Shown one piece after another: positions 47,901 to 60,234 of a DNA stretch of 64,000 nt. The stretch comes from Takakia lepidozioides (taxonomy: Eukaryota; Plantae; Bryophyta), in assembly GCA_030704615.1 (NCBI GenBank), contig CM060733.1:24738001-24802000 (forward strand), in the 5' to 3' direction. Position numbers and translations under genes: made by a program. The notes under the pieces were generated by a model. That model saw only the letters and a program-made list of their open reading frames with translations, was not told the DNA's origin and searched no databases. The stretch's first letter is position 1, and each line of letters opens with the position of its first letter.

Positions 47901-50892
47901 ACAGACTCACTGAGACTACCTACTGTATTGGCCAGCCCTTGAAGGGTGAAGCTGTCTGTTTGGCACTGCATAGCAAGAGGAACATAAGGTGAAGATGTTA
48001 CAGTCATGCCAAGCTCGGAGCGCACCAGGACTTGAAACTTGGCATGCCCGGTTGCATTGATTTGTTGTCAGCCAAGTCTGCCATTTTAAGATTAACTTCT
48101 GCTAGCATGGTTTTGTCATTAACAAAATGACGACGCTGAGCCCAATTCTGAATAGCAGGGGGCAATCCAAGGAGAAAGTACCTCTTAACCATGCGGTCTC
48201 TCTCTACTGGGTCGATGATATTCTCTGCAACAGCAAACTTAAGGTCCATGTAGTACTTCCACAATGACTCCCCAGACCGGTAAGTCCTAGAAGATAGTTT
48301 GGCAAAATAGTCTAGAGGCCTCTCAGGAGGTTTGAACAGGGTCTTCGCCCACTCCACAAGGGACGTCCAATTGAGATTGGGGTCATCCATGATAGCTGCG
48401 TGGAGCAAGTCACGAGCTGGCCCCTTCATGCTCATCCTAAAGATGGCTATTTTGAAATTCTCAGGCACACCATTTACATCAGCAATTACTTCAAACATCT
48501 GAAGATATCTATCAAAATCTTATCCCATGTTATATTCTGGATAGGGCTGAGTGGTCATCTAAGGGATCAGATGACAGGGCAAGCTATGGTTCATGTGTCC
48601 AGGAAGAACAAATCCATGAGCAGGGCAACAGGGAACTATGGCCTGAGTGTGAACAATAGCACTACTAGCAGTATGTACATGATTAACAACAGATGCAGAA
48701 CCTTGACTCAAACTACTACTAGCTGACCCAATAGCAGTAGACGGTGGCAGACTTGCATGTGATGCCTGCACCATGCCCATAGGGTGGGCATGTGACATTA
48801 CACTTTGCTGAGCAGCAGGATGGACTGATTGTAGGTGGGGTTGTGGTACTTCACTCATGGCCGGAGGAATGGGTGCCACTCCCATTGTTTGAACTGTTCT
48901 GGACCCTATGTTACTCGCATGAATAGGAACATTATTGATATTACCAACATGCATGTTACCGGGGCCGGCATACTGCTCATATTAGCCCGAATGTCCGAGA
49001 CCGGCATGGCCACTCCCTGTATATGACCAGGATGGGAGGGTGTGTTGACAATACCTGACACATTGACAAAATCCCGACCTTGTGACCTGTGCCGTGGGCT
49101 CACTACGTCCAGCCGCTACGGCCTCATCATTCTGAACACAAACAAGAAAACCCGCTGGGTTGGCTATCCCAGAGCCCTCGAGTAGAACAACAGAGCCCTC
49201 ATCTCTCAATCTCACAACAACAACATCATACGAGGATCCTACACCTCCTTTCAAGGCACCAGTGTTCACAAAATCATCATTGGTCAAGACATTACCTACC
49301 TGTAGGTTGTCCGATGTCTCGCTCATCCCAGGCACACCTTCATCAAGCGGCTCCCTTGAACTATTCATGAGCCTCTGTCTACCAGATCATAACCAAGTAG
49401 TTTGGGAATTGTCTAGCATGTAAGAAATGAAAACAAACTGAGAAAAATTAACCTTCAAGTAGTAGGGATGTGGAGTCTGAGGTCGAGCACCGGCGAGCTA
49501 GCCCCTGGAACCCAAGTAGAGCAGCACACGATCTTCAGCACTTTGTGCGATTGCACCTCATAGATCCCCAAAGCCAGCTACTCCCAGCCTTCAACGTTCT
49601 TGACCCAAAAGCTCACACGAGTAGTGTCACCCTCCCACCACGTACGTGAGAGCACAACCAAAGCAGGGTAGTCGCCCAAACTCTTAAAGGCACTTGGGCG
49701 AACCACCCTTTGAGTTGCAAAGGTAGTACCCACACCCAAGATCACCAAGTCGGACGACTGCACAATCAGGGCCCCACCCCTCAAGCTGTCAAACAACTGA
49801 GAGTACGTAGGTGCCAATGCACAGGGTTGGAGATGACATTGTAGCGTTCGCAATACCAGTGCCACCGTGCCTTGCAGCAGTAACGATAGCCAATTCTGCC
49901 CTACCGGGCCAAGGCCATGATGAAGTTCTGTGCTTCGAACGCCAGAGAGAGCTGGCAGATACAAGCCAAGGTCCAACCACGTCAACTCTCGGTGATGTAG
50001 AAAGCGCGACTTGATTGCCTTTGACGGCAAGCGCTCAGAGTTGCGCAACTCGAATTCTTTCTGCACAAGCTGCCTAGCTCTAGAAACCACCGCACTAGAC
50101 TCAAGCGAGGGCCTTGCAAACAAGGACTCGTGATGGCTAGTTAATGCAGCAAGGTCCTCCACAACAACCTTCTCTATACGCTCAAACCAAAGACGATCAT
50201 CATCACCGACTTCACAAAGCAGGTCATCTACCTCTTGCGATAATTCAATCTCTCTCTCTAATTTTGCTGCTCGCTGTCTATTCTCAAAGTACTCAGGCCC
50301 AAGATTGACAAAATTATCGAAATTGTAATACTCCGGGTCACAACTATCTAGTGAACTGTCAGACCTCTCAGGACTCGGCGACCACGCCTCCGCCTCCACT
50401 AGGTTAGCATAGTCACTATCACCAGGAGAGCCTAACAGAACAACGAGATCTAGATTATGAGCGTTGGGCTCAGGCAATGGCGCTGCTGGCAAGGCAACAC
50501 TACCAAGCAGCGCTGTCAGCGATATTAGCAACAACAAGATTATCAGTAGAATGGGTCGCAGTAGCAGGGTTAGTCTCAACAGCAGGATTAGCAACAACAA
50601 GAGCATCAGCAGAATGGGTTGTAGCAGCAGGGTTAGCACTGCACTAAGCACTGCACTAATTTGCAAAAATAGATAGTCTCCCTCTCTGCGAGCTACACAA
50701 GCAAAGTCACGCACTGCAGCCATCTCCTGCAAATACAGCACAATGCGCAGCGTAAGAAAGCAAGTTCGCGGCAGTAGGAGAAAATGCGGCAAGACGATGA
50801 ACCGCCATTGATAACATTGATTAGCGAAGCACTAGGCAGCAGGGATTAGTGCAGATATTGCAAAAAGACCTAACTGAGCCTGACAGCGTGGG
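44940..50892 (-). mobile_element. Ty3/gypsy LTR retrotransposon internal region (extra ORF, gag, protease, dUTPase-like, RT, RNase H); integrase and LTRs missing
   Basis: Gag knuckle CYICGSLEHWIKHC; protease VVDTGC; RT SPWTSPIVMVGKKDGTIRFCVDF, DLASSFWQ, YVDD; RNase H QTDASD, ETDHLPL; many frameshifts and stops. Possible tRNA-type primer site TGGTGGTTCCTGCCC at ~50904-50890. Confidence 0.9.
49578..50723 (-). CDS. Intact ~381-aa ORF upstream of gag with a long hydrophobic segment; function unknown
   Basis: Uninterrupted frame (first ATG at 50723), ~60-residue Leu/Ile-rich stretch followed by an acidic, coiled-coil-like region; same strand as gag. Confidence 0.65.
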   Translation of the reverse strand: MAAVRDFACVARREGDYLFLQISAVLSAVLTLLLQPILLMLLLLLILLLRLTLLLRPILLIILLLLISLTALLGSVALPAAPLPEPNAHNLDLVVLLGSPGDSDYANLVEAEAWSPSPERSDSSLDSCDPEYYNFDNFVNLGPEYFENRQRAAKLEREIELSQEVDDLLCEVGDDDRLWFERIEKVVVEDLAALTSHHESLFARPSLESSAVVSRARQLVQKEFELRNSERLPSKAIKSRFLHHRELTWLDLGLYLPALSGVRSTELHHGLGPVGQNWLSLLLQGTVALVLRTLQCHLQPCALAPTYSQLFDSLRGGALIVQSSDLVILGVGTTFATQRVVRPSAFKSLGDYPALVVLSRTWWEGDTTRVSFWVKNVEGWE

Positions 50893-51452
50893 CAGGAACC
50901 ACCAAACACTTATACAGTATCCGCCACCTCCACCACAAAGCGAGCGTGAAGTATATGCTCATTTCCTCTCAAGAACCGACTTTCACAACAAAGGGGCAAG
51001 CACGGAGAGACGAGCGATGCGTGAGAGGAGGATCAACACAGCGATCGGACACAAAAGAGCTATCATCCACTGCCTGTTTACAAACTTCACATGTACAATA
51101 ACACCTGAGTACACCATCCCTGACCTGTGTCAGGGCGCCGTCTTTATACAAAAAGCCCTAGCTTCTGCTGCATGCCGCGTGGCGAGGCGTGACAGGCCAA
51201 GCCGGCGGCGCCTTTTGACAGCCCTAGATTCAATGAAGGGCCAGGATGCGGCCACCATCTTAAACTAACCCTAGCTGAACTAACATTGTAATGGTTTAAC
51301 CGCACTTTAAGCCGAAAAATTTATATGATGAATGAGTATCGCCGCTTTGGATGAATAAGGAGAATTAGTGATGAGGAGAGTTTGGGCCATCACACGCAAA
51401 CACAGCAACAGGACGGGATGAGAAAGTCTCTTCCTCTTTCTTCACACTCCTG

Positions 51453-51626
51453 GACAACCAGCATGTAGCCCAGTGGTAATGGGCACATACCACGTTGGAT
51501 GTGGTTGTGGGTTCAAACCACCGTCCAGTGTGTCATGAGGTGTCCACCTTCCCGCTGGAAGGCAGTAGTCCTTCGGGGTCAAGTGACACCATAAGTTACG
51601 CTCCCTTCGGGAGGCGTGATACTTTA
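51453..51626 (+). mobile_element. tRNA-derived SINE
   Basis: A box TAGCCCAGTGGT, B box GGTTCAAACC, 13-bp target duplication cttcacactcctg (51440-51452, 51627-51639); absent from duplication copy A. Confidence 0.92.
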
Positions 51627-52288
51627 CTTCACACTCCTGTGCTTCTCGCTCGTCTTCTCCATCACCGTGTCATGCATGTACACTTGCGCCATGCCTTTGA
51701 TGCCATATGGGTACCACCCCGAAGAAAACTCCCACTACTTCGATGCACATTGCACAAGGACCTTGGAACATTCCAAACCAATCGGGGATTGAATTCATGT
51801 GGTACTACATTTCTGGTGTGGCGTGTGTCTCAGTGGTCTCTTGTTGTTGGATCAACCAAGGCAGGTCTCTTGTGATTGCAGAAGTCCAGACACAGCAACT
51901 ACAGAATGCGATTGATTTAACAGCAGGTTCAAGTGGAAATCTTTCAGCAAAGGGGTGCCATGATGGCTTATCGGAGATATCCTGGGACTTTGATCACAGC
52001 AACAGCCATGGTGATTGTGTGGGATTGCGGGAAATTTTGCTTTATTTCTGGTAGAGTACCCAAGAAGCAATCAACAAACTAGGACTCTGCCAAATTCTGA
52101 GAAAGAAAGCTACACAACTTTTCCTTATCAAGCTGGAACTAGTGTGGCACTCATTACAAGCAATGGGTAGAATCTGATGTTGAACCGTTACAATCATGTA
52201 TCTCATCAACTTAAGTCTGTAAAATCTCTCTAGTCAATTGCCTGCCATTACCATGTTGAACATAAATATCCATGCTATCATGCAGATG

Positions 52289-55200
52289 CTACCACTCCTC
52301 AAAGCCCTCTTCGTCTCCCACATCCTCTGCCTGTTCTATTTTGTTTCCTTGCAAACTACACCTGTGGAAACAATCCAGTCCCTTCACGTTCTCTAAACTA
52401 GCCATACTGATGCAGGTGTCTCATTTTACTTGGAACACAATCTTGGTAAGATGAGAAGATGGCAACATGAGAACACTTAGTGCCTTTCATATTGATCTGG
52501 AACAACATCCCTAAATTTCCGTAGGACAGGACAGTCCAACCTGGACTTGGTAGAAACACCATCCTGCTTCTAAAGCATAGCATTCTACCAAAGACTTGTC
52601 CCATTCCTTTCTCTCACAGCCAACATTACTACATTCATGAGAACCATGGTCACGCATTAGACACAACACAAGGGAGAAGAGAGACAGCTGACGAATAGCA
52701 AGAAAAGAGCATTTAAGTAGGGTGCTTCTAGAGCTTACCTGTCCATCCGAGAGCCGCAGCTGCTTTGCTACAAATACAAGGGGTGGGCCTTTATCTCTCC
52801 AACCACATGCCTCCACGTATGTCTCCTTCAGCCCTACCCGGGCCGCAATCTCCTCAAGGGACATCACACTGACATCAAAACCATTGCCTCCGAAAACTCT
52901 CATCAAGAGGTGCTTGGTACCTCCTGAGCAGAGTGAGAAGGATAAATGTTATTGGATAGCCCCCAGCCGCAGCAGATGAGAGCTAATAAGAATCAAGGAT
53001 TTGAAAAATGCACGCACTAAGAACACTTAAAGAGAATCAACTTATAAGCATATATATTCACTGCATGCTGAAGACCTTGACCTAATATGTAAAAGCCCTG
53101 GAGACCACAGATTTACCGTGGAGGTGTCACCTAGTGCAGAGAGAGGAAGCTCTCCAACAAACACACAGCCCTTCATAGCCATACTGCTTGCATGTCCCAG
53201 AATAACTTGAAGGCCCTCAGCTGTCAACCCAAGCAGCCCCTGCATCATATCATACAGCCCTTATATTCACCATTGTTAATCTTATAATTGCCAAATGCTG
53301 TGTCTCTATTTGAGCACTAGCAAATTATCCAAGATGTCAAGTGCCCTTCATTTGCTTCCTTCAGACACTGATGTGGTGAGGTGTGAGATATTTTGTCTGC
53401 AAGAATTCATGGTACCCTTCATGGATTCTGCTTCACTTGATTCAGCATTTCATTGTCACAACTTCATAGGAAGATTGCCAAGGCTATCCTATATCTTGTA
53501 TGTCGAAACCACCAAGACAGCTGTATTCACTATTGCTTATCCTGGAATACTACACACGGTGTAGGCAAGCCAACTCCATTTAAGTCTTAGAGATTGTGTC
53601 AACTTCCAACAACTACAGTTCCTTGTACATCTGGGGCCTGGCGAGATATCAAATATGAGAGACGCAGCTGGCCAGGGTAAGCGAAATGGTCTGGTGTCCA
53701 TCCCATCTGTCAACAAGACCATCTGTAGGGTGTCAACGGACTCCAGTGTACCTCATGAAACTCGAGATCAGAGACATACGCAGAAAAAGGCCAAGGGGAG
53801 AGAGAAAGAACCATAGAACTTTATAACGTCCCCATATCTAGCACAAAATCATCTAGCATTCCAATATTATAGACAGGGTACCTGTAGCACTTGACTACCG
53901 CTATCCTTCACTATCTCGACCAGCTTATCATCGATGAACCTCGTAGCAACCTCATAAGAGCCTGCCCTTACTTTAGCTCCCCCACAAGAATGTGTGCTGT
54001 CGGCTGCAAGATTCAGAGCCGCCAAACAAGCTGCATATGGATCATAAAAGAGAGGCTCTGCAATTACAATTCCATAAACTGTTAGCCACGGGAACAGAAG
54101 TACACATTGACTGTTCCCACATGGGTGTGATGGTGACGTATCCGTGGGAATATAGTCAGCCAGCATTGCAACTCGAGCTTTTCTTGAGATGTGCACTGAG
54201 AGAGATTGTACTCATAAGACGTTGTTTGCCGTAGCCTTGTGGCCATTGACCCCGCGCCCAGTTTGAGCGGGAACAAAAGGGACAGAACCTACCTCTGTCA
54301 GGGGCTGACGTTGGTAGTAAGACTTACCTCCATATAAAGAATTAATCCGGGTTTTCCAGATATCCTCTAGAAATCCCTTCACACAAGCATCAATCTGCTG
54401 TGTGTGATTTGCCCAAAAACTAGGCCTCAGGAGGGCCTGGGCTTTTGGCTCAGCCTCGAGACTTTCAAAGTTGGTAAACAGGGGTACAGGCACAATTCCC
54501 TTAATAGATTTGAAGAGGTCTCTTTGGTGAGAGAACCCCGGACAGTGTATCAGAAAATGAATACTGTCTTCAGATTGCCCACACAACGGGCAATTGCACT
54601 CTCCCTTTCCTCTCAGCTTCTGTTTGCTGTTCAAAGGTAGGCTTCCTGCCCTGAGTTTAAATTTCAGTCCAGTGCCGAGAGTGGGTAGACCCTTGAGGTC
54701 ATCCAAGGTGTCCTCCCCCATGTCACTGACTGGAAACAAGTTCAGGGAAGTTTTCTGCCTAACTTCATTTTCATCAGACAATCTCATGGCAACAGACATG
54801 GCTTTGGACACTACAGCCTCTAAGTCAGATTTATCCAGCAGGGTCAAGACTTGCGGATCCAGGTCCAGGTCCTTGAGAATCTCTTCTACTCTCTTCTGCC
54901 AGGACTTAGCCTGTTTGACAGGGCAGTCCTGTTTCCAAGATATAGAGTCGATTAACTTAAAATATCTGGTGTTGGGCATATGTTGCAGCTGACCCCACCA
55001 TCTGACCATCTCGTCGGGAGCTTAAGGACGGAATGCCAAACTCACCCCGAACAGCCACATTGGCTGTTTTGGAGCATGCTGACATACACTCCTTAAGCAC
55101 CCCCACTTGAATGGATTCTAGAGACTTAGCCTGGTTGGAGTTATCAACCCATATAGCAGATCTGTACTCCAAGGCAGGTCTAATAACGCGACAAAGCATG

Positions 55201-55935
55201 GTTTTCTTAACCTCAGAGTTGACCCCTCTGCAGTGAAAAATTTAGTGAGCCCCAGAGCTTTGCCCTCGCCAGTTTGAACAACTTTCCGGATATGTGCATC
55301 CCAATTACAATTGGAGGAAAATTCAACGCCCAGGTAAGTGTAGGAAGGGAGGACCGGGATCTCTTGGCTACCCCACTGCCACTTAAGATCACTTCCTCCC
55401 TCTCCTCTGTCGTTGAATGCTATCACTGCACATTTGCTGACAATAGCCTCTAGCCCCAAAGATCAAAGTATCTCTTCGCGCAATCAATCAAACTCCTGGA
55501 GATTGGTTGGAGTCTCCCCTATGCCTGCGAAGTCATCCGCAAACATAAGGGCTGGTATGGTGGTATCACCCACCCTTAACCCAAATCCCTCACTTTCCAC
55601 ATCCTCGAGGAGTTGATTGATGAAAACATTGAAGAGCAGAGGGGAGAGAGTACAGCCTTGAGCTACACCTTGGTCTATGTCAAAGAAGTTGGACTTCTGT
55701 CCGTTAACAGTGACACAGCTTTTGGTGTGAGCATACAAGTTGTGGACAACTCTCCACATCTTTCCCTTGATCCCACAAGACCAGAGGCGGAACCATAGGC
55801 CATCTCTCCACACTGTGTCATAAGCCTTTTTGACATCCAGGAAAAAGACATAAGTGGGTTTCCCTTCTTTTTTCCTTTCCTGGATAATCTGGCTTAGAGT
55901 GAAGATATGATCCACACAGCCCCTGAGAGAGAGAG

Positions 55936-55967
<32 letters not shown>

Positions 55968-56111
55968 ACAGCTCCTTGCCTCCATATCCTCTGCAGCCGC
56001 ACTCCGGGGCCTAACTAGCATCCAAAGGAGGCAATTTGTCTCTCGCCACGGCCGTCCGGCTGGCAGAGGGCGCAATGGAGGGGGACGGAAGGGCAAGGCC
56101 ATGGTGAGCAT
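52289..56111 (-). pseudogene. Pseudogene copy of the LCM-family methyltransferase
   Basis: Paralogue of 17590-20335 with deletion of the 3' part of exon 1, a LINE in intron 1, loss of exon 4, a 1-nt deletion in exon 6 and a premature TAG in the last exon. Confidence 0.92.
54206..55922 (-). mobile_element. 5'-truncated RTE/RTEX-like LINE inserted in a (GA)n microsatellite
   Basis: RT motifs FLDVKKAYDTVWRDGLW, GVAQGCTLSPLLF, LMFADD, YTYLGV; C-terminal CPLC..H...C; target duplication ctgagagaga (54196-54205, 55923-55932). Clade assignment is by eye. Confidence 0.9.
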
Positions 56112-56222
56112 TGTTGGCCTGCAAAGAGAGACACCTAAATTCCGTGCAAATGTTGTGGAATGTCATGAAGCACAACTGAGTCCCCTCTCCCTCGTCTCTA
56201 CCATTGTTGGGCGGGTTTTTTT

Positions 56223-57794
56223 CTTTTTTCTTTTTTCAAATAAAGGGGAGGAAGCCCTGTAAATCATATTAAAGAAGGCCATGAGGCTTACATCTTTTGA
56301 AGATCGGGTACTACCCAGATCAGCCACCAAGGGCTGGCTTTAAGTATCAACCATCTGAAGCCCTGAGTGATCAGGAAGCCATGCTTCAGGGGGAGGGAGC
56401 TAAGATTTAAAGAAGAGAGAACTGTGTCTAAGAAGCTTGTCTAACTAAGAACCTGACTAAAACCAGAGCCAAGAAGAAGCTCTAGGAAGCTTGAAACAAG
56501 CCAGCAGCCATAACTAAGGAGCAGCAAACTGCTCATCTGCCTATATCCCTGCAGGAGAGGGAAAGCAACTAATAAACAGACAAGAGATCCAAAATAAGAG
56601 CCCCGCGAAAACTGGCTGAACAACAGCAGAAAAAAGAGCCGAGAGCATAAGAGCTGAACTGCCTGCAGCTAGAAGGGCAGAAACAAAACTTCCACCAATA
56701 AGAGCTCAAAAATTCAAGTGAGCTCTAGCATTAGAATCCTTGCTTCTACGGTGACGCCAATTGACCTCACGGTCCTCCACCTCTGCCGGAGAAGCCCAAT
56801 GGTTGGGTGAATCACCAGTTGATTGGAGGTCCGGATGCCCATTGAACTCTATCCCCTTGCCTTTGACAAAGAAGTCCCGCTTTCCCCCATTCAGCATCGA
56901 ATTGCGAGAGAAGGGCCGCTCCCCGCTCCGCAGAGCATCTGTGAATAACAATCTTCCATGATCACTGCATGTGGCCTAGGACCTCCTCAAGCGTCACTGT
57001 CATCATCATCATCATCATCACCGCTGGCGTCATCATACTGTATAGGTTGTGATGTGCGCCTCCGGGTTCTGGAAGGAAGGATGTTATCAGGATTAACTTC
57101 GTCCAAAGGGTCCTCTGAAAGATCACCACCATCGTTCTCGTCAATCCCATTGTCATCGTCACTGTCGTCCACTGCCTTCTTCCCCTTCCCCTTATCATTG
57201 ACTGGCTCTTTTCCCTTCCCTGCGTCTTTCTCCTTGAAAACTGCCAGTCCAGAGGGTTTGGACTTGGCCGGTGCCTTTGTAGCCGCCTTGGCAACGGGCT
57301 TTTCAGCTTTTTTCGAAGTCTTCTTCTTAGGGCTACCATCCTCTGAGGCTTCATCCCCGAAATCATCCTCTGATTTTACTGATACATCATCTTCCTCAGA
57401 AGTATCAGAAGCACTATCCCACTTCTCCGCCTTTTTCTTGGCCGGCGCTTTCAGCTTCGGCTTTGGCCTCTCCTTGCCCTTGGAGACAGGAGACTTCTCG
57501 GCTCCTCCCTTCAGCTGGGGCTTCCTGGGAGCAGGGGCCGCAGGTTTCGACTTCTTTTTGCCGCCGCCTTCACTCTCTGCTTTCCGTTTGGCAGCCATTG
57601 CCTGAAGCATTTTCTTCTTGTGTTCAGGCATGGCTAAGTAGGCTGCGAACGGCTCAACGAGCTTCCGTCCAATGTAGCCCTGTCCCCGCAAGATTAAACA
57701 GAAAAAAACACAAGGAGACCACGACGGCGTGTAAACGGAGAGGACACAAGGGAAGAGAGCAACGCGCGAGAGAAGAAGAGAGAGCGGGAAGGAC
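56223..57794 (-). mobile_element. Chimeric retro-insertion: CHZ-domain gene joined to an L1 3' end
   Basis: On the - strand: CT-rich leader, CHZ ORF, L1 ORF2 C-terminus (..FDAEWGKAGLLCQRQGDRVQW; an overlapping frame resembles the L1 end at 60577-60825), 3' UTR and (GA6)n tail; flanked by cgggttttttt (56212-56222, 57795-57805). Confidence 0.65.
56987..57631 (-). CDS. 214-aa single-exon protein: Lys/Ala/Pro-rich N-half plus acidic C-terminal CHZ (H2A.Z-H2B chaperone) motif
   Basis: Open frame from MPEHKKK; DLSEDPLDEVNPDNILPSRTRRR matches the plant CHZ-domain consensus (DPL.EVD.DNILPSRTR). Confidence 0.8.
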   Translation of the reverse strand: MPEHKKKMLQAMAAKRKAESEGGGKKKSKPAAPAPRKPQLKGGAEKSPVSKGKERPKPKLKAPAKKKAEKWDSASDTSEEDDVSVKSEDDFGDEASEDGSPKKKTSKKAEKPVAKAATKAPAKSKPSGLAVFKEKDAGKGKEPVNDKGKGKKAVDDSDDDNGIDENDGGDLSEDPLDEVNPDNILPSRTRRRTSQPIQYDDASGDDDDDDDSDA

Positions 57795-58633
57795 CGGGTT
57801 TTTTTTTTTTTTTTTTTTTTTTCCTCTACAACAGGGGGATTGTATCCCTGTTTAACTTTATTATAAATTATTTTGTTCGGCAAAAAAACACCTTAACAAG
57901 TTATTCCTATTTATTAGGGGAAAAAAATTAAAACCCCTTCTACCGTCGCCAGAGGCACACCATATTTTTTTTGGTATATTGATTTCAATATACCCTTGGG
58001 GTATAGGTATATTATTGGGCCTGTCTTCCTAAGGCTGGACTACGCAAAGGTTTCAGCTGCTTTAGCACCTATACTTTCAATTAGACTTCCAATTCGATCG
58101 ATACAGTTGTCAAGAGAATATTCTATTTTTTAATGAATGACATCCGTTCAACTTCTTGTGCATGCCATAAATGAAAGTCCATCGAATATTACCGTACGTG
58201 CCACTTGGGTGATTTAGGGCTCAAATCCTGTTACCTTAATATTTATTAATAGATTAATTATGTGATCTTCCAGATTTTTACTACCTATTCATAATCAATA
58301 TATGAATCTAGACGTTTGTTTTGTTTTGTAGCGTCGTTGAGATCTCCCAAACCGCGGGCCCATCCAAGGTGCTTGGTGCCGTTGGAAAGCTCTCGACGAG
58401 GAGGGGTGCACCAGCTTGGTCTCATGATTTTTGGACCTACATTGTGGGAGATGTGGAATTCCAAGTACTTTTGATAGCTGGAAATTAACAAAAAATAGCG
58501 AAAATGGAAAATTGGGCATGGTTGGAGCCTCGAGGGGAGAGATATCAAGGGAAAGGTTCTGGTTCAAATCCGGTCGTAGGCTTTGTGGAAAAAAAACTTT
58601 ACTTAGATGACATTGGACACTTGGGCCAACGGC

Positions 58634-58634
<1 letters not shown>

Positions 58635-58681
<47 letters not shown>

Positions 58682-58740
58682 CGCTAGCCGAAGCTAGCGT
58701 AAATAAGAGCCTCTTCCCTGTGTGGGTAGTGCCCCCTTTC
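58635..58740 (-). mobile_element. 106-bp non-LTR retroelement 3' stub with (TA)n tail
   Basis: 11-bp target duplication ggccaacggca (58624-58634, 58741-58751); terminal hairpin ACGCTAGC-TTCG-GCTAGCGT on the - strand. Confidence 0.8.
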
Positions 58741-59316
58741 GGCCAACGGCAAAGGCTATCCTAGAGGTTGCATTTGGGCCTCGACATAGGAGACGCATTT
58801 TGATACATAGGGGATTGCACTTGGACTTAGATGACACTGTGGGAAAAAAAAAATTTGATTAGATTTGGCTTGCTTCATATATTGATGCACTTGGACTTAG
58901 ATTAGATGACATTGGACACTTGGCCAAACGGCACAGGCTACCCTAGAGGTCGCATTTGGGTCTCACTTAGGAGATGCACTAAGATACATATGAGATCTTA
59001 CACTTGGGCTTAGATGACACTGGGCATTTGGGCCAACGGCACAAACTACCCTAGAGGTTGCATTTGAGCCTCAACATACCAGACACACTTGGATATATAG
59101 GGGATAGCACTTGGAGATATCAAGGGAAAGGTCTCCGGTTCAAATCTGGTCGTAGGCTTTGTGAAAAAAAAAATGATTGGATATGGCTTGCTTCATATAT
59201 TGATGCACTTGGACTTAGATGACACTGAACACTTGGGCCAACGGCACAGGCTACCCTAGTTCAATACTATACGGCAGGGCTTGCATGAATTCCATGCATT
59301 TATTATTATTATTATT

Positions 59317-59515
59317 AAAAAGGAAAACACCTGAGAGCGACAGCTCACAAATCAGGCCCCTTAATAATGAGAGGAGAAAATAACCTCTTTCACAGTAACC
59401 CGCCATGAGGCGTAGGAATGGGGCACCACGAACCATACCACACCCCAAGATTTGACCCTAGAATCGTTTGGGTAACACTCATTGCACTTAACCAACTCAG
59501 CTACTGACTGTTGGT
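59317..59515 (-). mobile_element. tRNA-derived SINE with (AAT)n tail
   Basis: On the - strand, A box TAGCTGAGTTGG and B-box-like GGTCAAATC; flanked on both sides by (TTA)n. Confidence 0.72.
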
Positions 59516-60234
59516 TATTATTATTATTTGTGTGAGGGGATGCCGGGAAGCCCTTGTTAGTTTTATTGATAATTATTCAGGGAAAAAAATTGAAACCCTT
59601 ACATGCCCGAAAGCTGCCATGAGGCCTATCACACAAGGAACGTGTTGGAGATACCATGAGAACTGTGACTGAATGCCTGCCAAGAGGCTTGAGACTAGAG
59701 CTCGTATCCATGACCTGGATAGCGATCAGAGCCCTAAGCTAGGAATGACTTCCTATTGAAAGAAACGAGAGAAAGTAGGCAGGGGTTTTCAAAAAGAGAA
59801 TGTAGCAGAACCTGCATAGAGGTGTCTATCCGTGAAAGTGCACATTTATATGTTTCCAATTGATGTCAGACTTGTCAAACTCCGGGGATGCTCAAGATGA
59901 AGGACCTGTGATGCCGCCAAGAGGTGGGAATTCTTGTAGGCCAGTCACATGAGCTTGAATCAGTGCATTTGCAAATGAGTCCGTCTCTTTCCCAGGTCGT
60001 CTGGAAGGTGTCGAAGAGACAGTTATTTTTGTCAAATCATTTACCCTCCGGATATGGATAAATTGAAATCTCAAAAATTTATTTACCCTCTGGATATGGG
60101 TAAAATTATCTTTTCAGATTCTATATAACCCCGGGTGAGGATATATATGCCAAAATATACCCTGAGGGTATGGATAGTTCCCGGATATGGATAAATATCT
60201 AAATCAATATATAGTTTAATGGTTTTTAAAATTG

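Larger units (their letters stand above)
22121..51393 (+). mobile_element. 5'-truncated Dualen/RandI-like LINE split by nested insertions (own segments ~22596-25566, 36893-37151, 38147-39130, 50893-51393)
   Basis: RT (QEGFR, YIDFKNAFGS, RGTIQGDTLSPYLF, AYADDL); chromodomain ~24532-24680; methyltransferase-like region ~25104-25380; RNase H (YTDGS, RAELMAI, IFTDS, HTGIHGNEEA); CPLC..H...C..RHNQA zinc knuckle and NAGT..PWLLPC leading into a restriction-like endonuclease whose core is deleted; 3' end at 50893-51393. Possible target duplication acgca (22116-22120, 51394-51398). Many frameshifts. Confidence 0.8.
57975..60211. mobile_element. Second copy of the 20429-20686 MITE, split at ~58016/60022 by ~2 kb of nested repeats
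   Basis: The left part tatattgatttcaatataccc and the right part ttatttttgtcaaatcatttaccctccgg...aaatcaatata match copy A. The interior holds unclassified repeats, a SINE and an L1-like 3' fragment. Confidence 0.75.

Noticed and set aside
22131-51393. Direct repeats at 22131-22585 and ~50936-51393 as the LTRs of one giant element
   Set aside because: No TG..CA ends, PBS or PPT; the left copy has its own 10-bp TSD and the right copy continues the LINE C-terminus.
56958-57605. 215-aa Ser/Phe-rich ORF on the + strand
   Set aside because: Antisense shadow of the low-complexity CHZ ORF.
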